From contig NW_004797300.1 in assembly GCF_000002075.1 (NCBI RefSeq), positions 1,668,510 through 1,725,604 of the forward strand: 57,095 nt of DNA. Reading direction: 5' to 3'. Each line of letters begins with the position of its first letter. Position 1 is the stretch's first letter. Below the pieces are notes generated by a model. It was not told the origin of the DNA and did not search any database. It was given only the letters and a program-made list of their open reading frames with translations. This DNA comes from Aplysia californica. Its lineage: Eukaryota. Shown piece after piece: positions 40,601 through 55,400 of this stretch. A program made the translations under genes and the position numbers.

Positions 40601-43409
40601 CATTCATTTGCATATGTGAGGCATCTTGGTGAAATCAGCCATTGGTTATAGTACAATTGCCTGTACAAATGACCACTTCCCATTTCCTCTTTTGCAATTT
40701 TTTTTACATTATAATGACACTGAGTAAGATGGCCACATGTCTAAGACAGCCACTTTTCTTCTTGACAAAAGGTGGCTGTCTTAGACAGTTTTGATTGTAC
40801 TTCAAAATGGCTGCAACTACAAATTTTAATGAAGGTTAAGTTCAATGTTCCTTCCACTACATCAACAGTCTGCACAGGTAAAGTTACTCAAAGAGGGAGA
40901 GAAAGCACCCTTTAAAAAGTAGACTGGAGAGCTAACTGACCGATGTTCATGCTGTTCCAGGCCAGGGTGCTGAGTCCAGGCTGGAGCTGCTGGTGGACGT
41001 ACTCAATATGAGGTTTGAACAGCTTCAGCAGAGGCCCTGGGATAGACTGGCACACCTCCCTGCAAAGCAACAAATCAGCATTGTTCTTAAAGAAAACAAA
41101 GTATATCATTGATTAGAAATAAAGAGTTGTTTGTTGGCATTTTTTTGGGGGGGAGGGGGGGTTGTTGTTGTTAGTTTGTTGGTTCTGTGCAAGGGTAAAA
41201 GAAAATGAAATGTGTCAGATGAGGAAGACTAAGTACCATGGTAAAACAAACAAATGGGTCGCCACCTCTCTAACTCTTAAAGGAAATTCAAAATGAAAAA
41301 GCAATTAACAAGGGAATTCTTCATAACAACTGACTTGAAGTCACTGAGCACCAGCTCCAGGTGCCCCTTGTAGTTCTTGAAGCGTCCCTCCTGCTCCATG
41401 ACCGACATGGCCGACTCTGGGATCTGGATGCCCAGGCGGGTCATCCACTTGGCCTCATGGATCAGCTCCAGAACTCTGCGGGAGAGGATAAGGTAAGATA
41501 GGATAAGATAACATAAGCTAAACTAAGATAAGATAGGATAAGATAAGATACATCTTTATTGTCCAGATCTTGGCGCATTGGTTCAGAGCTTCANNNNNNN
41601 NNNNNNNNNNNNNNNNNNNNNNNNNNNNNNNNNNNNNNNNNNNNNNNNNNNNNNNNNNNNNNNNNNNNNNNNNNNNNNNNNNNNNNNNNNNNNNNNNNNN
41701 NNNNNNNNNNNNNNNNNNNNNNCACACCCATATACACCCACACTCTTCCCTCACACATCCTCTCTTCCACACACATCTGTGCACATAACTATAATAATAT
41801 AACAGTATGCTTACATTCACAAACAGGCTCATAGTCACATGCATTAGACAAATGAACAGCAATATAAACAATAATAATGTTAAGCTAGATAAGAGATTAT
41901 GTTAACGGTACGAGTATAAGGGATTGAAGGGAAGGACCGAGAGGCAGAGTGTAACCAAGACGCAGATCGATCGGTGACAGAACAGATCAGACAGGATGCA
42001 GAAAGTTGGCACAGCGCACAAAATGGTCAGGGTAGATTTGTTTGGAGAGCCATGGTATGTCTACCCCAGTCCTGTGACAACACTTGACAACTATACGTAT
42101 GTGGCACGACATGCTGGAATCAGGCGCTTATCGATTCTAGGGGGAATATGGAGTTATATCTACAATCTTAAAACTTGCTTATTTGCTATGACGTTGATGA
42201 AAAAATACCCAGAAATCTTGAATAGAAATCCCATCATTTGTGATTGTAGGAGATGGGGGTTGCCTGGTTTCAGAGGTAAAATTAGCAAGAAAATGGCTGC
42301 CAAAGTCTGGTGACTTCCATGGCTTGAGAGTGCTTTGAAACTGAAAATTTACATTTTTGTGCCTTTAATCAATGTGTATCAATAAATCCACACAGCAATG
42401 TGTTTTTAGATGGACATAAAAGTAATTGAGCAAAAAAAATTAATTAAAAAACTACCCAATGGCCAAAAAAAAGTCAGTTTCTTTGATATCATTATTTTGA
42501 CGAGCGTTTTATTTCACCAAGATGCCTCACATATGTAAATACTAGTCATACAATGAAAAATACATTTCTTGACAACACAGTTCACTAATACGGCACCAAA
42601 AGAATAGATACGGGTCCAAAAACAAGATGAAAAAAAGAATTTCATCAATTAAATTAGTGAATGAAAGACCAAGCACTAATTCTCTATTGTCAGCAGCTGC
42701 GCAACTTCAACAAAGAATACAGAATATTTGAATGTCAACTTGTGAGAGATGTCTGACTCTGCATGAGCGTGTTTGTTGAGTATGCAGTTGCATTCTTTGT
42801 AATGAATGAGCAGATGCAATAATTTATAAAGAGCTTGTTGGAATGCTCGTGCAAACGTATCAAACACTATTCTACTTAACCGACTGCACTAGTCAACTCA
42901 GATCTTTACATCAAAAAACCAAAACCAGTAACCTCGCCACGGGAGTTCCCAATCCACAAAACAAAACAAATAAACTACACATGAGGAATCCATTCGCAAA
43001 ACTTGCTCATGTCAAATAGGCCTTTTGGTTTTTAATCTCATTTTTTACAGACTAAGAAATATATACCACAGATTACAATTTTTGCTGTAAAGTAATTATA
43101 TTCTTATTTTTCTTCTTCAGATGTCGGATCTGGAGCGGACACTGATGATCATTGTGCTTCATTCCTTCCCACTAACAGTCCTTCTGGTCAGCCTTGTTAT
43201 TATGACTGTGTTACTGTCATGTGGCAATCTTTTCTCTGTCAGAATTGGTTTCACTGACCATTGCAAAAGCCACAAGCCATCTTGACCTTTAGTTCTTCTA
43301 TTTCACTAGAGAAATATTCTCCTCTGTGGTCATCCTCAGACATTGACAGATTAACTATTATTATTATATTATTATAATTTTTTTTATTACTATTACTTCT
43401 ATTATTATA

Positions 43410-43468
<59 letters not shown>

Positions 43469-46400
43469 CATCATCATTCTTCTCCTTTTTCTTATTTTTT
43501 TTTCTTATTATAGTCATATTATAGAATTACTGATAGATAAAAACCACACAAATAACAAAATTCTTTGTACCTTTCATCCGCGTTGACAATGATGTCCCCT
43601 GTTTCTGGGTGCAGAATAAACAGAGTAGCTCTCAGCCCACTGCGGGCCTGCTCGATGTTGTTCTTCCACTGGGTGAACCACAGACTCTCAAATGTGACGA
43701 GGGCTGTAGCCAGTCGGTTGTAGATGCGAACCTGACGGCTGAAGTCTGACAGAGAAGTGACTGCTTTGTTGTCTCGGAAGACCTTCATGGGGTCTTCGAT
43801 ACGTTTCAGGAGTTGCCGTGACCAGTAGATGGCGCCGGCCACCGGGGGAGCATTCCTGACCATGGTTGGGCTCTCCTGAGGAAGTGGAACAGTTCAATTG
43901 ATGTTGTTTTTTTGTCGGAGTACAAGACACAACCTGACATAAACAGGTCAATTTGTTTTGTTTTTCTTGTAAATGTTTTACAGCACTTGCAACACAATTA
44001 GGTCATATAAGTGCCGAAGATTAGAAGTGTTACAAGAGAGCACCAAACACAAAAAAGAAAGAGAGATAAGGACGAAAGATATTTGATAGAAAAGAAGAAG
44101 CAAACCACACCAGAACACCCGCCAACCACCTGATGATCAATTTGTTTTGATATTTGAGTCACAAAGAAACAGATAGATATATTGATCATCATACAGGACT
44201 TGGAAAAAAACACGAGATGGTAGGACGCACACAGCTGAGGCACAAACTGTCTTGAGGTGCCTCCAACCACCCATATAAATAGGTCCACACACCTGGATCA
44301 AGTCTGACAAAGTTCTCCTTTCCTTTTCAACAGAGAAATCAAGATTACTGCTCACATCCACATATGTCATTTTTAAGGCAGAACGCTGGGTCTAGTGGTT
44401 GTTGAAAAGAAGACAGAAGAAAAAAGGAAAGAAGACAGAGATGGTATCCCACAGCAAACATCACAAAACAGCACACAAGCACATCTTTAAGAACATGTTC
44501 ATCTTTGCTATATCATCACTGTTTCATTGTTTCATTGTTTCAGGAAGCAACATCCTTGCATTCCAGACACGTCCATTGATGCTCCGTTGTTCTCTTCAAA
44601 ATGCCCCTGAGGGTTTTTCTACAGATTGTGTCAGTGCATATCTGATTGAACATTCTTTTGTTCTTTCCTGAGGTGATTGATACCACCTCTTACTAGGCAG
44701 CAGAATCATTTTTAAGCTACTTACCCACTTGAAAGTGGAGAGGGGGAATGTTCCATGAGATGTTACTCTAACATTCGCATAATTTATGTTCCTTTTCACT
44801 GACCAGCATCAGGGACATCCAGGATGCTAAAACATTGAAGAGGGGGGCCAAAAAGAAAGAAAAAAACAAAAAGAGGACCACATTTTCTGTACCATAACAT
44901 TTTTACTTCATTTTTTTTCAGTCATGGTTCCGGCTTCCAAATCCTCACCTTGTGTTTCTCATAAATCTTCTGCACTTCATCGAGATCTCCCTCGTACCAT
45001 CCAAAGATATCGACATACTTCTCCGCCACAGTGCCCCTCACACCAGATCGGCCAGCAATGGGGTTGAACCTGAAAGTGATTTAAAGGAACAATAAAGTCA
45101 AACTTCTTTCCTGTACAAATTCCCTCCAAAACATTCTACAGAAGTGATTAAAGCATTCTGTCATAAAATAGATTTCTGTATTTCCTAGTAAGAGACAGTT
45201 TGAAGGATGGGCCATATCACAGGAAAACGGGTTACGGAACAGTGATCAGACTGGGGTGGGCTAGAGATGAAGCAATGGCAAACAGTTTCTGACATTAGTA
45301 TGACCACAGTTTTCTGTCACTTTCACAGACAGAGGGAAATCCTGTAGTGAAGATAAGATGACAAGTATTAAATCTTACTTGGTGATGACATCCAGTCCTT
45401 GCTGGGTCTTCATCTTTCTCATGAAAATGACATGAAGGTATGCGCAGAGAAATTTTTCGAGATCTTGAACGATGCATTGGAATGATTTGTAATGAGTGTC
45501 GAAGCGGTCTTTGTCCTGAAAAAGAAATAAGAATGCACAGAGTCAATTAATTGAGACACAGAAGATTACTTATTCAAATTACATTTAGAAAAATAATATA
45601 CCAATGAAATGACAGGTGAAAAGATTAAATTTCTAGGTCACCAGAGATCAGGAAGGGAACAGTATCTTTAGAAAGAGAAAGAATTATGGCCCTTTTAAAC
45701 TAGTATGTAGAATCTAGTGTAAAGAATTAATAGCCACTGTCAAACAGAGTGAAAGCAGTTGAGGAAGATAGAAAACACTATGAACATGACATACCGCAAA
45801 GTTAATTCGTATTTAACAAAAAGGTTACATAACATAACATTTTCTCCCAATGGATAGCCATTTATTGCAAACTTTTAATACAAGACCGGGATTGTGGTCG
45901 TATTCCAGATCAATCATTTCTTAGAGAAATAAAATGAAGAATAAAAAGCATAAGTAGTGCTAAACCATAGTTTTCTCTGTCCAAAGGCAAAGCAACATAA
46001 CAGCATATATTCATGATCTTAAGAAAAATTTGAAGAATACTATGTACTAGTGTGATCAATCACATACGAAGCTTTATCACTTTAAAAAACTACTATTTCA
46101 AATAAAAATACATTGTCCTGTGTTTGACACGAAAGGATATAAAACCAAACAAACTCCCTTTTTGTCACTCTGCCTTTGGACAGCAGCTTAAGGTAGAGAT
46201 GTGGGCAAATACTCCTACCTTTCAGTTTTAGTAAGACTTTTACAGCACTAGCAACACAATAAGGTCAAACAACTGCCAAAGATTACAGGCATTACAAGAG
46301 AGTAACAAACACAAAAATGAAGGAGGAGAGATAAGGGCGATAGATGTTTGATACGAAAAAAGGAGCAAACCACACCAGAGCACCCGACAACCACCCACCT

Positions 46401-49400
46401 TTGACTCCACATCTAGCATGGTCTTGGTAGTGACATACTCCTTCATGGCCTCGTTCATCTTGTTGACGTGCTGCTCCACAACACTGGACACACTGGGGCC
46501 TTCTAGGTCTTCCTCTTCAGGGTAATACTCTCCTGTCAAACAGTTGGATTTGTTATAAACACTTTGTGGTGTTGAACAAAATATTCTTAATAAGAACGCA
46601 AAGCTCTATCCGATCCTTTTGAATGACTATACCACTCTTATCTGATCCTTTTGAATGACTATACCGCTCTATCCGATTCTTTTGAATGACTATACCGCTC
46701 CATCCGATTCTTTTGAATGACTACACCTTCTCTACGAAGCTCTAAGAACCATTAGAATCTGTGCCCCTACCATCTGTTTCCGCATATCTAAAACATTGCA
46801 AATATCGACATCATATAAAGTAGTGAAAATGAAAAGTACATATTCATAATGACCAACCCCTCAACTGTGTTACACAAAAAGCAAGAGCAAACAGTTTTAA
46901 AACAAATTACAAATACAAAAATGATAGTGTCTGCTATCTCCTTCGGTTATTATTTCTTGTCTGTGAATACAATCCCACCAGGAGAAGTTTTCATCCACAC
47001 TACCCCAATACACCCACAGTATTCCATTAGGAACTAAAGCATATCAGAAGTATTTTTCTCTTTTCAAGAGCATACACTGAACACAAAGTCTATAAGATGA
47101 ACCAACAAGTGAAACTAACTTGCTCACATCATTGTGACAATAGATCAAGGAGTAAACATACAAATGTTGGCTGAACAATAACAACAACACGTTTTACTGT
47201 GGTATGCAAACAAAATTAAATAGTCATAAAAAGAAGAATACTTCAGTGTAGCCCGTCAAAAGAAAAAGAATTTGATAGAACAACACAGATAGAAATAGTA
47301 AAGGGAAAAATACGGAAAATCAAAACTTTATGGGTAATAAGTGCGGAAAAAACAAAAAAAGAATCATTGTTCACTGTATAAAATTCCAGCATGGAACGGA
47401 CAAAGAAAATTTATCTAAAAAAACAACTTTTAGTAGAAATAAAAGTGAATCAGAATTGTAGCAATAAATGTGGACATGTCAAAGTAAAGTTTAAAAAATG
47501 TGATGTGCAGGTTCATGAACTATTTACATCTCTATATGGTGAACACTTTCTCAGTAAGACATTGACAAGACAAAGAAATACAATATAAAACCGAAACAAT
47601 ATTCAGTTGAAAAAAATGCACAGACACTGTATTTGATTTTTCATTAAATCAAACTTGCATTGCGCAGATAGGCCTTCATATTCACTTAAATTGTTGTGCA
47701 GGCCCGATACATTTTCACCCCGGTAACTGGACTTTAAAATATTCACCAAATTAAAGCAATAAAAGTACAGTTATAACAAAAACAAAGAATCATTTCATAT
47801 GCAATCACAGCCAAAAAGAAATCAAGCATAATTGCAAACTTCTTTTCAAAAATCTGTAATGTATAAGACCAGCAATTCATCTATTTCAAAATTTAAGGGC
47901 TCCAATTCATTAACATTTTGCGGTCACTTAGCGCAATAGTGTGACAGTGAAAATTATCCGTTCAGGTCACCAGGCCCGAGAAGTTCACTGCAGTCACTCT
48001 CCTGGTTGGGTGACCAGATTGGGTATTTTGCACTGCCGGCTGTGTGACTGCAAAGTGTTAACTGCCAAGTAGTTATCCTCTTTTTCCAGCTTTTGTATTG
48101 TGTTTTTTTATAAATCTTTCTTGGTATTCTATTTGGGCCTTCACTGAGTTTGGGTGATATTTACCTAAAAAGAATGAAGTACAGTCGAACCTGCCTTAAC
48201 GGAAACCTGTGTAAAACGGAAACCTGTCTTAACGGAATCTTCCTGCTCCCCCCTTGATATATTCCTCTTTAATTACCTGTATAAAACGGAAACCTGTCCA
48301 ACGTGGAAACGGAAAGAAAAATCTGCTCCCTTCCGAGGGTTTCACCTGTCTAAGATGGTTAAAATGCTTTGACCGCTCAACCCTGATTTGAAACAAAACT
48401 CGCAAGTTTGGTTCCGAGGGCTCTAAACTTAACGCTATGGCCATGCTGGTGGCCGAGGAAGGGGTGCAATTTGGGGGTAGATGTTACCCATCATCTGAGC
48501 CCTGAGTGATGCAGATGGTCAGTGTAGTGTGGGTGTGAAATCTCACGACTGCCCGTGAGAGTGCTCGAGTCGCGAGCCACTACGGAAACTTTCTTGGGTA
48601 GCAAGAAGCCAGAAGTGTGAAATTAGATTGACCGATGCCAGCCGAGAAAAGAGTTCCTCGAATCGTTGTTACATGACGGCAGTGAGGGGTGGCATTGGTG
48701 GGTGAGGCTAAGGGTGGAAGCAAAGGAGATCTTCAAACGTTCCTGTTTTAATAGGTCAAACAGTGGTCGTATGAAAGGCAAGCACTGGTGGTAATTGGAT
48801 AAGTAAGACTGACGCATGTCACTATCAGAGAGGACAGCAGCTGAGAGGTGTGAAGTTTTGACCACTGCTTGCCGATCGGACAAGCCATCCTTGATCTTAC
48901 CGGCTGGGCCTTTGAACTCCACCCCCCCCCCCCCCCTTAATTCCGGAAAAGATGGAAAATGTCTAAGACGGAAAATGTCCAAGTTCTGGCTCCCTTGCGA
49001 TTCTGTCTTACACAGGTTCGACTGTACTACTTTCAACTGATACTTAAACATCAAACATAAAGCACTTGACAAAGTTGATCCCAAAACAAATAAAGTGACC
49101 AAAATAGAGTTGAATAAAAATTGTGGACTCAATTTTGGATCTCACATAGTATGGTTTTGATTCCTCTTGAGCATAGACTGAAATCAAAGTAGGGACAGGG
49201 TCAAATCAGTTTGTCAATTCATAATACTTGTCAATAAAAAAAACCCCACAAACCCTTAGAGGATATGTATACATAACAACAAATTCATTAGTAGCCCATT
49301 ACAATGCCTCAAAAACTCATGTGCATGAACTCATTGTTGACAAGCAAAATCATGAGTCATTGTGCTGTATTACTCTGTCACACGCAGGATTTAATTCTGA

Positions 49401-52400
49401 AATGTCTATAGAGTACAAACAACCATCTATAAAATCACCTTTCCTTCATCTTCGTCCACATCAATGACTTCCTTACCTACACCAGCATTTCTGTCAAGTG
49501 TCCATCTATAATATTTCTGACATTAAACAGGCTTACCAAATGGAAACATCCATTATGTCAATTCCAATTGCTAGGTTCTTGAGGAACAATTTTTATTTTC
49601 TAGCCGAAATCGATTAAAAACTTTCCAGTTTTTTAGGGTTTATTTTCCACAATCTGCACCCTGAACTTCATGATCTATTAAAAAAACTCAATAAAAATTG
49701 AAGTTTACATTTTTCAAATTCTTTAATCAATGGTATTTTACAAAACTCATCCACAGCATATTATATAACACAAGACTATTAAAACTTTCACTATCAAAAC
49801 TTATTGGTATAAATAAATGGTACCTTTACCTCACTGCAGTTACAGAAGAAAAATAATAGGAATTATTTCTAGGTGTCCAACAATACACGAACAAAGAGTG
49901 CGTGTCTGACGTAACAGCAAACGCTACAGTACCCATCAGCCTGCACATGTATAAAAGCCTAGTCAAGGGGTCTCGAAACTTACTCAGAATGTCCAACTCC
50001 TCCTCTGTCAAGCCCTTGGGACCATCGTTGCCAGAGTCCTGGTGGTCATCACGCTGGCTGCGCTCGGTGTTGGTGTTTGTCTTGTTGTCTGTAGCCTCGC
50101 TCTGGGCCTGCTCTTCATCTTCGTCAATGGCATGAAGGGGCCGGTCAGTTGGGGCCGTCACATGAATGGGAGGGCCCAACATGTCATCATCGTCATAGTC
50201 ATCCCTTTCCAGTAACTCTGTGAGAACAAGGTTGGAATTGCCTTGAAAGGGTAATGAATAATTTTGGAACGGTTTTGAAAAAGTGAAGAACAGCCTTCCC
50301 ACTCCCACATTTCATGTATTCTCTTTACCTGCACACAACTACATTTTAATGCTATAAGCTCTGCATAATGACTTAACAGCCACAGAAAAAAACCCACTCC
50401 AAAACCCTTCTTTTATCTTTTAAACAACCAACACGACCACTTGTTGAGTATTTTCATAACTTATTTGAATTCTGGTACCACAGAGAAGCTTGAGAGGAAT
50501 TTCCATTGTCTTGTTTGTTGGTCAACATACTTACACTATATATAAGTAATAGTTAAAAGCAGACCATACTCCCACACAACATTTTAAACAGTAAAAAAAA
50601 AGTATTTTTAAAAGCCTGACCAGTGAGAGGATCTTTGGCCTTTTTCTGCTTGTAGTCAGGCTCTGAGGTGTCATCAACAATAAGGTCCTCTTTTCGGGGT
50701 CGAGGAATCCCAACCAAACTTTTGCCCATCCTAAAATGAAACAAGAACAGAATTTGTAATATTATTAGGTAGTCAAAACCATAGGTTCTGGTGCTTGAAA
50801 ACCACAGCACCCAAAAATTGTACTTTCATATCAAAAGTTGGAACAACAAAACAAGTTATACAAACTATTGTACACATCCTTACTTTTTTTTTTAAGTGTC
50901 CATTTTTACAAGCACTGACAAGTTTTATACATATTCCAACTAAATGAGTGATGAAAACACAAGAATAGATGTTGAAACGCTAGTATAGATGAGAAAACAC
51001 AAGAACAGATGTGAAAACACACATAGATTAGATTACATTTTAAACACTGGAGCTTTATAAAATATCACATTTTCTTACATGTTGAACTGTGCCATGGTGT
51101 TTATAACCTCCAAGACTTGTCGCACTCGAGCACAGAAAGTGTCAAAATGAGCCATAATGGCATCCTCATCTGCAATTGGGACTCCATGTCCTGTGCCATC
51201 ATTTCCCTTCTTAGATGGAGACATCTGATTCCGGGAGCCTGGGATTATGCTTTGTCTCCTGTAAAGTCCACAGCGAACTCAGAATGTCATCAACAAATTA
51301 ATCAAACATGCAATTAAAATATGGTATAAACTGTATCGTTATATAGATTTAATACCCTAATCAAAAAAGTAAGGTTACAGACGAGACCTTCAAATTTAAC
51401 TTCCACTCCAATAGGACAAAACCAATTAGGAAGCGAGTCTAATAGATTCCCAAAAAAACTAAGTTCAAGAACACCTCACGTGGATTCAAACCAGGGCCAC
51501 CCACTATGTTAGAAAGTGTGAGCTCGAATAACATAGAGAATCTCGTAGACATTTTTTATGGAGATTATAAAGAAAGAAAACGATTTTGGAAAGTTCCTTC
51601 AACCTGCATAAATCAGCGTTTTTTTTCCTTCAGACTTCAGAAGGAGCACAATAAATACCCAAAGATTTTCAAATAGAAAACCTTATAGTTCATGCAGGTT
51701 TTTCAAAATGCTACATTTTTTCCATATATTCCTATAAAAATTAGTAAGACAGCAAATGTGTTTGATTTCACACAGAATTTAAAAGATAAGTGGATGTTTT
51801 TGCTCACACACAGTAAAAAAACGAAAACAACAAAGATATGTCATATACACACCTTTTTATCTCAAACAACTTTGAAACACAAAATTGTAAAAGAAACAAA
51901 AAGTGCATAGGAAGTTTAAAGTATGAATGTTTATACATAGCTTGTAACTTCTAACAACAATGCCCCGCACATGCAATTCTTACTTGTGCGGCTGGTTAGC
52001 AGTGGAGAAACTGCTGACAGAGGAAAAGTGGGAGAGAGTTTGCGACGCTCCGAGAGAGTCTCTGAGAGACCGCAGTAGATCTCTGAAGAAGCCTTGCAGG
52101 GAAAGGCAGGACCTGAGCCTGGAGAACAGTGTGTCTTCCACACTAGTTGATTCTCTCGAGTCCTTGGGACGGCCTCGTGACGGCGTCTGAGCAGGGGGGG
52201 GGGACACAAAACGTACTGATATGAGTGACACATTTTTAGAATAGTAAAGGAATAAAAGACTCGCTAGATGAACTATGAGAGTAACAAGTACTAAGTGCTA
52301 CATATATAATTGTTGAAAATCTTCCAGAATTATAGTACAGAGAGATAAATATGATCCAGCCTTTACAGAGCTTTCAATACAATGAGACTATGTATTCGTA

Positions 52401-55400
52401 TTTTCCTGGGTTCAGACTCGCCTCGACTTTCGAGATCAAAAGCCTAAGCATCTATTAATGAGGATTTGAAAAAACAATTAGTCTTCCTGTCCTCATTCCA
52501 ATACATCAATAAATTATTCTTTTATTTACTTGTTTATGTCTGTCGACATTAGAAACAGGTGCTTGTATTTTTCCTAATAAAAAATTTTGCAGTCAGAACT
52601 CAACACGACCTCGACCTTATGTCGATGCAGAAAAATAAAACATTATATTCACACATACACACACACTCACACACACACTCACACAAACAAACAGGCACTG
52701 ATACACATTCTAGCATGCAAACATACACAATTTTCTTCTATTCACTGTACTCCTAACAAATAGTCCATCATAGCTGTCAGGGCAACAAACAAGAAAATGT
52801 CTGCCTTGAAAAAAACAATGAATCTTCTTGACCTTCAGCTTGTTCTCAACTTGCTTGCCAAGAGCTCTCATGTTGGGGTCCCCCTGGTTCAAGAGATCTC
52901 TTGTGGACACTTCCTCTGCCACCCTGTCCCACAGTTCATCTTTGTCCTCCATCACATTGTGGGTGGACAGCTTGATGTAGTCTTTGCAGGCCTGGACCAG
53001 CTGGTTCGTCACCTATGAAACAAAATCATTTGAATAAATGTTTTCTTGAAAACAAATTAAATTTTTGTGACGGTAATTATGCAATTTTTCTGCAATGTTA
53101 TCTTAAAATATTGTGTAATAAAAGTAATATTTACGAAAACTGAGAAGGCAGCAAAATTGAGACAGGCCAGCAGCAGACAAATCCACAGAAATTTACAGAG
53201 ATGAAAAGACAGATGGGGACCTTACTGTGGCATTCCCTAATTTACTGCCTTAGGACTTCATTTATCTCCTTTATACTAAAGGCCCGTATACTAAACCTGT
53301 CAAAAGTCATTCCAGTATAGTGTTTACCTTGGTGAGTAAAATGCCCAGGAAACCTGTCCTTGCATAGAACCGTGAGATTGAGTCCATTTGCTTGATTGTG
53401 TTGGCTAGCCCAGGTAGAGCAACGTTGATGATAGAAGATGGACTGGCATCTTGATACATCTGATCAAAATGTCTTTTCAGTGATTCCAAATACTTCACTT
53501 TGTCTTTGGTGTCATTCATGGCATCTGTGATACTGCAACAGCATAAATAAAACAACTAATCAACTGAAAAACATATGGGCACCACCACAAAGTTTAACTA
53601 CAAAACATTTGCAAAATCATGAGATCAAAAGAAAGAGAACGATAGTCCAAAAAAAGTTATCTATGCAAAGTGCTTAGCTTTTGGAGAACAAATATCAAAG
53701 TCATTCAAATTTTAAGTGTCAAGGTACCTACAACATCTGCGTACAACACTTCATTTATATATTATTAACAAATTACAATCAGATTTCAGAAGGAAAAATT
53801 TTAAGTCAAATTTTTAAGAATCACAGTCCATGTTAAATGGGCGGCAAATGAACATAAAAAGTGATAAGAAAGATAATGAACTATTACAAAACTTTATCGT
53901 CAGAGATTTGTGACAATATTTTTCAAAAATTTTTCCAGTACTCCCCAAAAATGGCAACATAAAAAAGTTAAAGAAACAAAAAAAATGTACCATGCATCAG
54001 TGATCTTCCACTTTTTCAGTAATCTTGATTTGGCAGTGATGAGGACAGCAAGCACAGCCTTGCATTCTTTCCCTTTGAGCTGTTCTGTGATGTTGGTCAG
54101 CAGCCGCTGGCGCCTTCGCCATCTTTCCAGCTCAGACAGAGGCCCAGCATTTGGATCGAGAAATCTGACATGCACATGAAGAGAAAGTTCAACACACTAG
54201 ATAAAGGAAAATTTTGCTTTCAAACTTCTTGGCTGCCAAAAAAAGTTCAAGAGAAACTCTGTATATATACATGCACAAATCAAGCTTAGTCAGCTGCAGA
54301 ACTAATTTGAGGGAGAAGAAAAAAGAGAAATAGCTTTTATAACAATAAATTTCAAGGCTTCACTTCTAAACAGTAACTGTGTCAAGATATCCCACACTTG
54401 GGTCATCTTGAAAAACCTTCTGTGAGCAAAAAGGAAGAATACACGTTTGAGTACTCTAAAAAACGAACTGATATCCAATTTGGTGTCCAAGTGATGCATA
54501 TAAAAAGACAGATGTAAAAGTAAATTCTAAACTGGCAGTTTAGGTCATTCCTTTCATAACAGAATCATTTTAGTTCAAGTAAAATCAGCTCAGCAAAACT
54601 ATGAGAACAGTTCCGCTGACTGTGTTTTCAGATTATGCTACTCAATTGTTTTACAAATGTTGAGTTATCAGTCCTGGAAATAAATAACAAACTTGAATTG
54701 AACTCCTGCCAAGGCTTGCAGAAAGAGGAGTGAAGAGGAATATCCACTATAATTGTTATTGTCACAATAATTCGTGCACATATAGCTTTTGATCCTTTGA
54801 CAGTACATGACGATAATATTTTCTCTACATAGTAATATATCGATACACCCTTTCTTGAACATATTACCTTTCATCAGATGTGTCACTAAGAATAGCATCA
54901 ATGGTATTCATCCACTCAGTCACCAGCTCCTCATACTGACCAATCAGATGAGGGTCCAGAGCTGCCGCTCTCTGAAGTTTGAAATCATTGAGAATCACAT
55001 TCTCTGGTTGTCTCAGCATCTGATGGATGAGAATTAATAATGTTAATAGAGAGAAATTGAAAATGTAAAAATACATTCAGGCCTGAGCTGTCTCAAGGCA
55101 TGGCTATACACTATACATTACATGATTGACTAAATCAAATCTGTATTTCTTTCATGCCCATTATATCTGGTCTGTCTCAAAGACAGGATGACATATTTCC
55201 ATCCAAAATAGTCGTTTTCTAAGTAGTAATAATTTTGCTGTGTTAAGTGATGGATTAGATTGAGATCTCAATCCCATTATCGATAGCAGTAATTAAGGGA
55301 TACCAGTAATTTCGTCACATGGCCATTTTGTCACACCAGTGCAGTCAAGACGTCACAGTCGTCACTCCCCAAACCCACAAGGTTGAATGGAGACAGTCAT

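Noticed and set aside
43100-43190. Plus-strand acceptor and exon-like segment (possible nested antisense gene)
   Set aside because: Single isolated candidate with no partner exons or recognisable protein
46603-46727. Regular 31-bp repeats resembling a CRISPR array
   Set aside because: Head-to-tail with no unique spacers, in a eukaryotic intron; an ordinary minisatellite
48623-49132. 169-aa minus-strand ORF
   Set aside because: Crosses the MITE boundary and has no transposase or other motifs; probably chance
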